From Paraspadella gotoi (Eukaryota; Animalia; Chaetognatha), in NCBI GenBank assembly GCA_051294375.1, contig CM119267.1:18628348-18692347 (forward strand): DNA of 64,000 nucleotides, written 5' to 3'. Positions 36,366 through 50,317 of this stretch are shown piece after piece. The position numbers were made by a program, and so were the translations under genes. Below the pieces are notes generated by a model. That model saw only the letters and a list, made by a program, of their open reading frames with translations. It did no database searches and was not told where the DNA came from. Position 1 is the stretch's first letter. Every line of letters starts with the position of its first letter.

Positions 36366-38790
36366 AACCGGAACCCAGTGGTGATGACATGACAAACAAC
36401 AACGACGATGACAGTGAAGACTTGATCCCTACTCTCGTTTTCCCTTTTTTTTTCTCAATAACATCGTTTGCCGGATAACCTCGGCAGAGGGCAGGGGCGC
36501 GGATGCGTGGAAGTGGAAGAGAAATGAGGGATGTGGAAAAATAAATCGGAGAAGCGGAAACAAAGACCTTCAAAAAACCCTACCGAATTAGACGAGGACG
36601 CGGGGGGGGGAGCTAGAGACGGTGAAGCGGGGGCGCCAAGCGGGCACGGGCGGGCGGCGGGGGGGGGGTGGGAAACATCCTGGTTGGAAAAACTATAATA
36701 ATAAACAAAAAAATATGTGTAACCAGATGGGCCCCTTCTACCGTCTCGAATTGGGCAGAACGTGCGCCCAACGAACAAAGAAGGACAAGAGCCACGAAAC
36801 AGAGACCCCGTTTTTCCGCCACTCTCCTACCTGGTCAGCCTCTGCTGCCCGGAATACATCGTGTCATCTGGACACTCCGCCGTCCTCCGCGCTCCCGTCC
36901 CCTGACTTTCGCATGGGCCGATCATATCCTCCGCGCCGTCTGCTGAGAATTTTTCCTGCCTGCGGCTACAGGAACAGGGACGCAACAACGCACTCCACAA
37001 GTCAATCACCCTGGGTTATCACGCCTTACCACCGTGCAGTTCCGTCTCTTTAATCATTATATGAAACTCTTCGCTCAACCAGCGCGATTTATCTCTTCTG
37101 CTCTTGCATTATCGCAATCCGCCTAATCGGATTTTAGAGGCTGCAGCAAACACGGCGACTCTGCATTATTAAACTTGATTGCTCGCTATCAGCCATCTAA
37201 GCATTGCTCATCGTTTCGACTCTTCCCTCTCACTCTCTTCCGCCGCTTGCTCCTCTCTCTCTCTCTCTCCTCTCTCTACTCCTCCTCTCTCTCTCTCTCT
37301 CTCCAGCTTGCGAACGATCAGCGTCGCGATGGTCAAATAGAGGGATTACGCAAAGGCGGGGTTTACTCTTCACCCTCGTTTTCTTCGTTGCCGTTTTCTT
37401 CAATCAATGTTTCATTTCTCTCCATTTCCTCCCATTTTTTTCTCCGATTTTCATTCCTTATTTCTCACTTTCCTCTCTCTTTCATGAAGACTTCTCGTCT
37501 TTTTGTTCTCCCCCCTTTTTTTCCACCCCCGTCAACCCCCTCATTCTGTTCTCTATTTTAATCTCTCCGACACTATATCAAACTTCTGTCTCCTTCTTAA
37601 CTTATCTTTTCCCTCCCCGATTTTTATGGACCCACCTATAGTTCCTTTCATTAATTCCGCACATCTCTTCTTTCGACGAAGGCTGACCCCCTTCCTTTTC
37701 TTTCTCCGGGTCACCTCCTCGCCATCCTTCCTCCACCCATTCCCCCAGCATTCTCCCCACCTCGCCATCTTCTTATCGTCTTTTCTTTTCCCTGTTTTTT
37801 CACTCAAACTTCCTTTCCTCCTTGACTTTCTCTCTTTTTTCTTACCAAAACTCATCAATCTATCAAATAACTTCTTCATTTCCTCTCCTTATTTTTCACC
37901 CCAGCTCGCCGAGGGTTCCACATCATAGGCGACACGTCCCCCAGCAAGTGCAGGCGGTATTCCTGGCTACTCTCGACGAGCCCATTCTGTGGTTACCGGG
38001 CACTTATTCTCAGCTTGTTCGCCGATTTGATAGGCCGTGACGGCATGGCGCCTCTCACAAAAGTACACGAAAATGGCTAGGTCGGTCGCACTTTCTGGCT
38101 TCTGCACTATACCGCTCGCTCGTCGTCTGTCCGTTCGTTCTTCACACTTCTTTCTTCTTCTTTGCATCTCCTAATTCTGGCTTCAGTTTCGATTCAGTAA
38201 CGTCGTCGTTATTCTTCTGCGTCGCGAAGCTCAACTGAAGCATCGTCGAACAGCGCAGAGCTAATTCAACTTCGCTCGTTGGTCGTCGAAATTAATGAGT
38301 CGGGCTTTTCAAAGGTTCGGGCTCTTGGAGTCGAGTCGAGGTTCGTCCATTTTTTTAAGTTGCTTTACGGACTTTCGTCTTCCCTTTGTGCATATTTTCA
38401 TGGTAGGTTTGGTTAGTGTACGTGTTCATCCATTGTATTTCAGGGCGTCAAATAAAATGTACAAATCATTACTCTCGGTAGGATTTTTTAAGATCTCACA
38501 GTTACAAAAAATTTGTTGCCTTTCTCTCTCCTCAGTGTGGACTCATCGCACGCATTCTTCCTCTCTCTTCCCTCCTCTCTCTCCTCTCTTCCTCATTCTC
38601 TTCTCCCGTTTCGCCACGTTATTTTTCATTGTGTCTTATCTCGTTTACTAATTTCATATTTTTAACTTAGTTTTGCTGTCATTTTCTACATTTATTTTCT
38701 ATCTTTTTCGTTTTTTTATTTTATTTTATTTTTTTTCCTATTCTTTATTTTTGGTGAGTTTGTCTCGTTTTTCTCTTCAGATTTCTTTTA

Positions 38791-39603
38791 CATGGTGACA
38801 ATTTTACAAGCGCCGGTAGAAATACGCTGTCATTTGCAAACCAGTGGTTATTTCATTGATTTTAAAAATTAGTTAAGTAGAACATATTAAAGTCATTTAT
38901 GTGTTCAAATTTTATATTGATCAGTTAAGATATTCCTTGGCAATGAGTGGAGAAAGTTGGCTTGTAAAATCGGGTTTTATTTTCCAACTCACTGTTTTTA
39001 AATTCTTTTTTTTTTCAACTTCTAGCTCTCTTTTAAACAAAGTATTTATTATGATATTAACGATATTAATATCCTCAGAAAGCCCTTAAAAAAATGAAGA
39101 GANNNNNNNNNNNNNNNNNNNNNNNNNNNNNNNNNNNNNNNNNNNNNNNNNNNNNNNNNNNNNNNNNNNNNNNNNNNNNNNNNNNNNNNNNNNNNNNNNN
39201 NNNNNNNNNNNNNNNNNNNNNNNNNNNNNNNNNNNNNNNNNNNNNNNNNNNNNNNNNNNNNNNNNNNNNNNNNNNNNNNNNNNNNNNNNNNNNNNNNNNN
39301 NNNNNNNNNNNNNNNNNNNNNNNNNNNNTTAATATTATTTTATTTCAAATTTCTTCCGAAAATTTACTGAACGTAAGAAAAAAAAATTGAATCTAAAAAA
39401 AGTGAGTTGGAAAATGAAACCCGATTTTACAAGCCAACTTTCTCCACTCATTGCCAAGGCATATCTTAACTGATCAATATAAAATTTGCACACATAAATG
39501 ACTTTAATATGTTCTACTCCATTAATTTTTAAAACCAATGAAATAACCACTGGTTTGCAAATGACAGCGTATTTCTACCGGCGCTTGTAAAATTGTCACA
39601 ATG
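38791..39603. mobile_element. Non-autonomous DNA transposon (MITE) with long (~200+ bp) TIRs and TA target duplication, Tc1/mariner-like
   Basis: TA|CATGGTGACAATTTTACAAGCGCCGGTAGAAATACGCTG...CAGCGTATTTCTACCGGCGCTTGTAAAATTGTCACAATG|TA; TIRs differ by a few substitutions; internal N gap; matching empty site near 41000. Confidence 0.75.
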
Positions 39604-41673
39604 TACTCTCTAATTTTGGTTTAATTCTCTGATTTTTTTTGTTTTAGCATTTTCATTCATTTTAATTTTCATTGTTTTCGCGAGCAGTTGTTTTGTTTTT
39701 GCTATAATTTCNNNNNNNNNNNNNNNNNNNNNNNNNGACACAAAATTACCAAAAACAGTTTTTTAGGTTTTACGCCACATTTGAGTTCAATTTCTATTTT
39801 CTAAAGCTGACCGATCCCTTTACATTAACTTGATAACATTTGTTCTTTAATATTCGATAAAAGCATGTATCCGTCCATCCTTCATCGATTTATGTTAAAT
39901 CAATGAAATAATATTGAGATTTAGGTGTGAGTCTAAAGGAGATCAAAATAGAAAGATATCTAAAATAAACCAAGTCCAAATGTCAAATTGCGGGCGCGTG
40001 GTTTAATCTGCGAAGTTTGGTAACAAAGGATTCCGAGCGCCAGAATCCGATAGCGGCCGTGAGTCCAAACTCTGACTGTTTTCCAATTCTCGAATCTCGC
40101 GGCGGCGGCTTTGCATACCCTGATGCTGAGACCTGACGGCAGCGTGCGTTCGGCGACTTCCTACGTTTTTATAATTCCGCGCATTATTTTCAAATTTATG
40201 ATTCCGAATCAGTTATTGTCACGCAGTTATTATTCTTTTCAGATTAAATAGGTATGCGCGTCGTTCCGCTCATGCTCAAAGCAGTTCTCAGTAAATAACT
40301 GACATTGTGATCTAAAACTCGTTAATTTTACAGCCGTCGCGTTCGCGGATCACTTACTGCCTGTTCTCTATAAATATCGAACGAAAAAGTCCGTGTTTTA
40401 TACGGATTCTCATTTCAAGCAATATTTTACCCCTTGCTCGCACGATGTTAGTGATTTAAAAATGGGTCCTTCAAGCGTTGGCGTGGGCAGTTTTTTTTTT
40501 AAGTTTCTCTTTTTTTGTATTTTCTTTCTTACTTGTCATTTTCATGGTTTTGTGCCATCTTTTCAATTCTTTCCCTTCATCTCGCACAGAAGGGCCTTTC
40601 AACTCGGGTCGATCAAGGTCCGTGAGAGCATCGCACGTGCTTCGTACACCGTCTCCAGTTACGTCCTGGCGCGTTGGTTTCCCGATTTCTTGTCGGTCCG
40701 TCCCGTAGAATCAGCAGTCCGGTTCGCAAGATCCGAATTCACGATCCGTATCGCGTCCGTAATCGACGTCCGTTCAAGAAAAATAAAAAAACCGTTCGCG
40801 AGGTCCCGTTCGCGACATTGGATTTTTGTTTAGCATATCTGCCTTTGTTATTTATCTCGTTTACTAATTCATATTTTTACCATTAGTTTTGCTGTCATTT
40901 CTACATTTATTTTCTATCTTTTCGTTTTTTTAATTTTATTTTATTTTTTTTCCTATTCTTATTTTGGTGAGTTTTGTCTCGTTTTTACTCTTCAGATTCT
41001 TTGACTCTCTATTTTGGTTTTAATTCTCTGAAATTTTTTTTGTTTTAAGCATTTTCATTCATTTTAATTTTCCTTGTTTTCGCGAGCAGTTGTTTTGTTT
41101 TAGTATTTTTGATTATAAATCATTATGTTCCTGCTTTCCTCTATTAACACCAGTTACAACCCATACACGCAAACAGCCCACCGCTTCCAACTGGTTCCAA
41201 CGAATTCGCCATTTGTGAGTCGCAATCGTCGTGACTCGTTCCTCACCTTTTTCCCCATCAATCGTCGATTTGAAGTGAAGGGAAATTTCCTTTTTTTTTC
41301 CCGCTCAAATGGATTTTGGATCTATGAAGATGGTCGGTCTGTCTTGGTCGAGAGAAAAAAGGAAGGATGGTCGATGATGGAAAAGATAGGAAAATAATTA
41401 GGAGGGAAAAAAGAAGATGATAATGGTAATATGAAAATAATGAAAAAAGGGAGACGGCGGGAATATGGAGGTCAAAGAACAAAGACAAAGAACGAGGCAG
41501 CGGGCAAGAAAAATGGAGATCGGGCACAGGGTTAAGGGAGGTAGGGCGATGGGGAGAAGAGGATATTGGGATTGGACAATGGACATGAGACAACGGGAAA
41601 AAGAACACATCGGGCCAAGGCGAAACAAGAGACGATGCGATGAAAGGGTTGGTGCGATGGAGAGAGAGAGAGA

Positions 41674-41743
<70 letters not shown>

Positions 41744-42341
41744 AACCGGAAACCAGTGGTGTGAATGACAACAACAACGACGATGACAGTGAAGACTTGA
41801 TCCCTACTCTCGTTTCCCTTTTTTTTTCTCAATAACATCGTTTGCCGGATACACTCGGCAGAGGGCAGGGGCGCGGATGCGTGGAAGTGGAAGAGAAATG
41901 AGGGATGTGGAAAATAAATCGGAGAAGCGGAAACAAAGACAAAACGAATAGAGAGAAAATGAAAATATAATAAAAATGGTAACCGATGGGTTTACGGCGT
42001 CGAATTGCAGCTGCGGCAGAAAAGGCGTAGATGCTGCGAATGCGGCGCTGTTGAATTTCCTGCTGCGGCTAAGGCGGTACAGTTTTAAATATGAACTTTG
42101 TCAAAGGCGATTCTCTTTGTAATGGATTTTAAGCTGCAGCAAAGGCATCTGCATTAAATTGTATGCTGCTACGAAAGCATTGCAGTTTCGATTCCACGCT
42201 GCAGCAGAAGCAGTGCCGTCGTGATAAAAATTGACAGCAGCGACAACTTTTACGCTGCGGAGAATGCGACGCCGAAAGCAAATGCACCTTGCACATTGCA
42301 CATTGCTCATTGCACANNNNNNNNNNNNNNNNNNNNNNNNN

Positions 42342-45300
42342 GAGAGAGAGAGATCGAGAAGAGAGAGAGAGTGCTTCCGATGAAGAGGGCTGTAGCAAAA
42401 TAAAAAAAAGGAATTAAAAAAACATTAGACTCGACGGGTAATCCGACTTTCCATTCGCAGCGGGATTAAGGAGTCAGGGATTCGAACGTCCGATCCGAGC
42501 GCACGCCTATTTTTTTTTTTTTTTTTCTTCTGTTTTCGCGCCGCAGGAATCACGATTAACGAGCACCTCAGGTCTGGCTCTGCCCGCAATTAAAGGCGAA
42601 GATCCTGTTATAATTGCCGCAGATCCATTGACGGTCTAATCCAAAGATTGCGCAATAGCTTTTGGAATACGAAGAAACACGAAGCGTTTTAACAGAGTCG
42701 CGTCCCTATGAGTTAAGCGATGTCGATTTTGAGTTTGCCGCAACTCTATGGAACTATTCTTCGAGGGTCTGCGGCAATCATGGATTTTTTTAAGATTTTT
42801 ACGCACAACTGAAATACGGCGCCGTCTTTCCGCAGTTCCCCCCGCCCATCTTTCCGACGGATTTTAAAAATCCTTCTGCTCGACGCCATCACCTCGAGAA
42901 TGGCCATTCATTAAAAGGCACTTAGTCTGAGGAGAGCGCCTTTCGATTAATTGACTCTTCTAGCTTACAGGGTTGGTTTTATATTTTTTTTTTTAGTTTT
43001 TTTTTTGTGGCCCGAAACAATGAAACACATGAAAAAGAAAACAAGGTCGGACATCTGGCTTTAGCGGAATTGAAAACGGCGCCACCTCGATCGAAGAAAT
43101 GACTAGCGACATTAATCACGCGGGTCGGTTTTCCCCTTTTTTTTTTTTTTTAATTTCCTTTTCGAAGCCAAAATATTTATATCGGCGGGAAAAAAAAACT
43201 CGTTTGCCTGGGCCTCCACTTACCTCCCCCCATCTCTTCCCTCTAGCTGCTCACCCCGCCGGCGACGGGAGAAAACATTCTTACCCGGTTTTATATATTT
43301 TGATGGATGTCTGTGGGAAAATAGAAAAGTTGGATCGAGAGAAAAAAAATCGTTGGAAAACACAAAGACGGCGAAAGGAAAGAGAGAGAATTGGAAAAAA
43401 GTCTCAAGCAAAAGATGAAAATGAGCGAAAAGAAATGTCTCCGAGCGAAAACAGAAGCTTTAACCTAATTTTTTGAGTTCTTTATCTTTTTTTTCACATA
43501 CTTATTTTTCTCGGATGATTAAAGTTAACAAAACTCAGAGTGTAGGAAGTGATGATAAAGTCCTTTTTTTTGGTGGGGGCGGAGGCAAAAAAGAAAGAAT
43601 ACTTTTTAAAGATAAAAGAAAATTGAAACCAAGCTTTATATGTGAGAAGGATTAAAAATTCTTTGTTTTTTTTCAAGATTTCGAGATTGCTCTTTAAATC
43701 CCCCTTATTTTTCCTTGCAGGTTTAATACCATTCGTGGTAGAGTCTTTTTTCTTTTTGTGTGAGTCTGCTAGTTTGTGTGTGAAACAAGAACTTTTAAGT
43801 TTAAATTAAGCCTCGTTCTTCAATAAAATAATACTTAAAAACCTTCGAGAGGCTTTAAATAACTTTCCGAGAGAATCTTTTTCGTTGAAGTCATGGATTT
43901 TCGTTGTTTTTTTTTTGTTTTTGTTTTTGGCTTTGAAACAAAATAATGCTCCAGTGTCATCAGTCATATGTCATAAGTATCACTTGCTACTTTCCTGTTT
44001 CTTGCGTTTCCAATTTGTGTGCGGTGCTGAAGCAAATTTGCAAAAAAAAGGGGAAAAAAAAACCGGTTGGCTTCACTAGAAGTAAAACTTATCCTTGTCT
44101 CATACCAGTTCTAACGCGAAAACATTCCTCTCTCTCTCTCCTCTCTCTTCTCTACTCTCCTCCTCTCTTCTCCCGCTCTCCCCCTCCCTCCCTTTTTTAT
44201 ACTATTAATTGATTTTTCTTGAGAGTAGCTGACAAACAGATGTTCTATTCTTTCGATCTGTAACGAAATAATGGCGCAGTTTATTCGATCTTTTTATTAA
44301 AGGGGGTCGGTAGGGGGGGCGGGGGAGGGAGGGAAGCAAGGTAAATTGCAAGAAGGCAACGCTATATATCTGGAAATTGCATGGCCGTCTCGCTGCTTTG
44401 TTTTCGTTTTGTCGTTGCCGGAGTTTTTGCTTTCTTGTTGTTCGTCCTAATGTCTTCCTTTCATTGACTTTGTTTTCGTTTTTGTGATTACATGTTTGTC
44501 TCGTTTTTTATTTCAATACTTGTGGTCATTTTAATTGTTTCGCTGCTTTGTCGTCCGTAGTTTTTGTAATAATCATTGGTCGAATTCAGATGTTTTCACT
44601 GTTAATCTTGTTGTTATTCTTGGTTTCTGTGTTTATTCAAGTGTACTCACTCGTTATATCGTATATCGCTAGCTTACGCTGTTACGTTTCTTGTCCCTTG
44701 TTGCTTTGTTTTCCGTTGTCGTCGTCGTCTTTGTTGTTTTTATTAGCATTTTTTCTCCGCTAACGTTGGTCGTTGGCCATAACGGTTATGGAATCTCACC
44801 GTTCGGGCTTTTAGCCAATTAAATATTCATTATCCAGATCTCACCCCCTCGCCGACCTCGTGGATATATAGTTACATCCGGGGTCGGCCTCTAAATCTCA
44901 TGTTTACGTATAGTATTTAAACCTTGAAATTATATACGGGGTTGCCCTCTATGAAACTGATTGTACTTCCGTGATCAACATATTGAAACTTCCGCTTAAT
45001 TCGCTGTCGTCTCAAAAGCGTCAACGTATTAACATCCGGGGAATTCCTCGATGCGAAGGAATGTCTATCGCATGGCAAAGAAACATTATCAACAAAAGTA
45101 GAATTTTATTTCCACATAAACGCTCCTCGTTGATTTTATTTTCATCCAGTTATGTCGCGTATTTTTTCGTCCGTCGACCTGACCGAAATTCCATCCCCTT
45201 TGATCCCTCGATATATCGGGAATTCATCGGCCGAAAGGAAAGGGGCGACCGAGAGGCGTTAATGGAGTCCACAGATGAGCCGGATATATGGAGTCCGGGT

Positions 45301-46435
45301 GGTTTATGGGGCGAGAGTGAAGGCAGCGAAGGGAGGAAGGAAGGTGGGCGTGGCTGGCCTAGGATTTGGTCGTCCATCGTCGACCTTGTACGTCGACTCG
45401 GATTAAACTTACCTTTGACTTTGCCGGGAGAGATTAAAAACCTCGTAATCGCTGATCGCACGTCTTTAAGAAAAAAAAATTCCAAGAGTTGAGAGAGAGT
45501 GATAATTTTTTAGCTCATATTTTTTTAAAATTTAACACATGGGTAAATACGTAATTAGTTTAGGTACAAGGTCAATAGTTCGGAAGCTGTTTAATAATAT
45601 TCATTAGCCAATAGCCGGAGCAGTTAACAAACTGAGCGAAGCAAACGATAATTATAGGACCCTTTAGGTTTTCCTTTGAAGCGAGAAGGGAAGGAAAAAA
45701 AATGATTCCGAGCGTGGTTTCTTTAGTTGCTTGGTCGATTGCTTGGCTCGTTCCTTCCATTTGTGCCCGAAAAACCCTTCGTCGGTTTTACGCCTCAACG
45801 ATTCTTTCTCTTTGAAGCGACTACTCAATAACCGATTAAATCTCGGACAGCCGATAACTATGACGACGACGNNNNNNNNNNCGACGACGACGACGGACGG
45901 CAAAAGGCACCGATTAAGACTCGGTCAAGCGGACGAGACACAAATTGTCGGGTAAGCGAGGGTAAGTCGACGAGGGGGGCGGCGGGGGCGCGGCCCTTTT
46001 GAACTCCAGTTCCTCTGACGGGACGACGAAAGTCTGAAGTCTGACCAAGGGATTGAACGATAGAGGGACGAAGTTTAAAGGCGATCGTAAATGGAAGAAG
46101 GACGAATTTGGACGAAATAGCGACGAACGTGACTTAAGAAATTTCGGTTGTTAGGTACATCGGCAATAGCAAATGAGAGCGATATTGACAAGAAAAAAAA
46201 AAAAGAATGGTAAGCCAAATAATAATACTAATATGATTCTCACAAAAAATGCTCGCGCAAAACAAACTCAGTCCCCAAAAAAAAACATCCAAAACAAAAG
46301 AAGAAAAACAAATTAGAAACAACCGACGAGAACCACAAAAACAAATATCACCTTCTTCTGGTCAACGAATCTCCCCTCGCGGCTCGAATCGATTTCGATT
46401 CGCGTCGGAAAAAACTCGAATGCGTGGCGACACAA

Positions 46436-46468
<33 letters not shown>

Positions 46469-48952
46469 TTCTTCATCATCATCATCTTCCCTGTCATCGT
46501 CGTCGTAGTCATTATCATCGTCGTCATCATCGCAGTCGTCGCCGTTAAAACGATTCACTACAAACAAAAACGCGACGAGGCGACTGACCCGTCAACGACC
46601 GCTGCGGCGGACTGCGGATCCGAAATGCAGCGGCGGAGGGCTGCTGCGCTGGACGTCGTAAATGCCTTACCCTGTTTTTGTCGGCATTCGATGTAACGAA
46701 TGGTCATATCTTTTAATTGATTCGTTCGAGATATCGAGAAACATATCTTATAATTATAATGAAATTTTATTTTGAAAAAAAAAAGAATATATTTTTCTAA
46801 ACTAATCGATTGTACCACATGATGGAGAGAAAATATCTTTCAGTCATTCCGGTGCCCATTTCCAGATTTGCCTCGTATTTTCCCACAGGCATCAAGCCAC
46901 TTTCTATGATCTCAAGACCATTCCTCTCTTTATTTACCTACTTTCGTATAACAAACGACCGAAAATGGTCTGTGAACTTTTTTTATCACCAAACTTTTCT
47001 AACTCGTCATTCTCAGAGCCTGTTTTTACTTCTTCTTTTTTCCTTACCCGCAATAGCTGTTTTTTTTTTCCAAGCTGTCAAATACCCATTACCATTTTTT
47101 GTAAGTTACTGAGATTTTGCCTAAGAAGTTATGTATTAAACCCGTTCATATTTTCCTTATCAATAATTAAATGTGTTGCTAAAAAGCGACTCTATGCGGA
47201 AAAAAATATATAAAGATGGTCCATTGTTTTCACGTTCTCGATTTCGCTCGCATTGCGCGGCCGATGCTCTTTTTTTTTTCTCTACTGGAAAAAATATGAT
47301 TAATGCAGCTCGAGGGGAAATGGAAAAAAAGAGATTCNNNNNNNNNNNNNNNNNNNNNNNNNGACGCGAATCGAATCGAGAAAATTTTTTTGTCGTCAGC
47401 GAAGAAAAACAAATTTTTAGGAAATAAATAAAATGTACGATATACAAAAACTAATATCATCATCATGAAAATTAATTAAATCGAAAGCCGAAAAAAAAAT
47501 TTAATCTTTATTTTTTCTGGAGATCAGAGACAGAACAAAACTACAACACGAATTAATCGGATTTTCTAATAACAAAACAAAGAATTAACGAGAAAATAAA
47601 CTCTTACTCGAACGACCGGAAAAGGGCAAACACCTTGATGCATCTGATTTTCAATTTTTTTTCGTCATTTCTCGTTAAATTTCTCATTCGAGTCGAAAGC
47701 AATCTCCAATATCTGCCTGAGAAATGTTTTAGGAATAAAAAAAAAGTTAATAATTGGTTTTTTCGACTTCAACTTTTTTTTTCTTCTTCCGTTCCAATAA
47801 TCCTCGTTATCGTCGTCGTCGTCGTCGTCGTCGTCGTCATTATCATCGTCGTCGTGACCATCGCCAGGTTTGTCGGCCTCCCGTCGTTACACGTGCATCT
47901 GTCATCGGTTTTTCCATCACCGACTCTTGTTGCCTGTCGTCGAATTTGTCATCCAAATTGTTTTCTTCGAACGATCAACTTCTGTTTTATTTTTTGTTTT
48001 TTTCAAGTTTATTACAAATCCGTTAATGCAGTTCGTTTGTTCGTTTCCCTTCGTCTAAATTGCCGAAAGTAAATAAACTTTGATCTCTTTTTCGCCGTCG
48101 AATTAGCGGAGCTCCTAATTCCGAAGATTTCGGGGGTTCCCTAAAAAGCGTCTTTNNNNNNNNNNCGAGGAAATCGAGAGTGAAAACAAATGGACCATTT
48201 TATATATATTTTTTTCCGATAGAGGTCGTTTTTTTTAACAACATTTTATTATTGATAAGGAGAAATATGAACGGGTTTAATAATTAACTTCTTAGGCAAA
48301 ATCTCAGTAACTTACAAAAAATGTAATGGGTATTGCAGCTTTGGAAAAAAAAACAGCTATTGGCGGGTAAGGAAAAAAGAAAGAAAGTAAAAACAGGCTC
48401 TGAGAATGACGAGTTTAGAAAGTTGGTCATAAAAAAAGTTCACAGTCATGTTTTGGTCTTAGTTATACGAAAGTAGGTAAATAAAGAGAGGAATGGTCTT
48501 GAGATCATAGAAAGTGGCTTGATGCCTGTGAGAAAATACGAGGCAAATCTGGAAATGGGCACCGAATGACTGAAAAGATATTTTCTCTCCATCATGTGGT
48601 ACATCGATTAGTTTAGAAAAATATATTCTTTTTTTTTTTCAAAATAAAATTTAATTATAATTATAAGATATGTTTCTCGATATCTCGAACGAATCAATTA
48701 AAAGATATGACCATTCGTTACATCGAATGCCGACAAAAACAGGGTAAGGCATTTACGACGTCCAGCGCAGCAGCCTCCGCCGCTGCATTTCGGATCCGCA
48801 GTCCGCCGCAGCGGTCGTTGACGGGTCAGTCGCCTCGTCGCGTTTTTTTTTGTAAGTGAATCGTTTTTACGGCGACGACTGCGATGATGACGACGATGAT
48901 AATGACTACGACGACGATGACGAGGAAGATGATGATGATGAAGAATGACGTG

Positions 48953-48987
<35 letters not shown>

Positions 48988-50223
48988 TTGTGTCTCCACG
49001 CATTCGAGATTTTTTCGACGCGAATCGAATCGAGAAAATTTTTTTGTCGTCAGCGCCGCCGCATCGGTCGTTGACGCGGTCAGTCGCCTCGTCGCGTTTT
49101 TTTTGTAAGTGAATCGTTTTTACGGCGACGACTGCGATTGATACGACGATTGATAATGACTACGACGACGATGACGGGAAGATGATGATGATGAGAATGA
49201 CGCTGACGACGACGACGACGACGACGACCGACGATTGTGTCGCCACGCATTCGAGTTTTTTCCGACGCGAATCGAATCGAGAAAATTTTTTGTCGTCAGC
49301 GAAGCAAAAAAAAATTTTTAGGAAATAAATAAAATATGACATACGATATACAAAGAACTAATATCATCCATCAATGAAAATTAATTAAATCGAAAGCGAA
49401 AAAAAACATTTCTTCATCTTTATTTTTCTGGAATCAAGAGACAAACAAAACTATCAACACGAATCTAATCGTGATTCTTCTAATAACAAAACAAAAATTA
49501 ACGAGAAAATAAACTCTTACTCGAACGACCGGAAAAGGGCAAACACCTTGATGCATCTGATTTTTTTTTTTTCGTCATTTCTCGTTAAATTTCTCATTCG
49601 AGTCGAAAGCAATCTCCAATATCTGCCAGAGAAATGTTTTAGGAAAAAAAAAAAGTTTAATAATTGTTTTTCGACTTCAACTTTTTTTTCTTCTTCCGTT
49701 CCAATAATCCTCGTTCTCGTCTTCGTCGTCGTCGTCGTCAATCATGTGCATCACGGTTTGCTCGTCGTTCAGTGATCCCATCCGGTTTTTTCCATCAACC
49801 GACTCTGTGTTGCCTGTCGTCGAATTTGTCATCCAAATTGTTTTTCTATCGAAACGACAACTGTCTGTTTTTATTTTTTTTTTTTTCAAATTATACAAAT
49901 CCGTGTAATGCAGTTCGTTTGTTCGTTTCCCTTCGTCTAAATTGCCGAAAGTAAAATAAACTTTGATCTCTTTTCGCGTCTGAAATTAGCGGTGCTCCTA
50001 AATTCCGAAGATTTCGGGGGTTCCCTAAAAAGCGTCTTGTCTAACTCTCCCTACCCATCCTCCCCCTCCGCCCCCTCCATCCCTCGTCTGTGATTATCCT
50101 ATGAGCTGGAGTGTCTCCCGCTTCTTGATTTCGCGTTCAAATCACCGAAACACGACCCTCTTCACATCTCTCTACTACTTTTGAAGAGGCAAATCAAGTT
50201 TCGGAGGGTTTTCTCCTTTCTTA

Positions 50224-50317
<94 letters not shown>

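Larger units (their letters stand above)
29080..38605 (+). repeat. Tandem duplication, ~4.78-kb unit; third partial copy at ~40840-41940
   Basis: Identical ORF translations offset by 4776 bp (31837 vs 36613, 33191 vs 37967); ~31790-33829 appears identical to ~36566-38605, remainder indel-rich. Confidence 0.9.
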
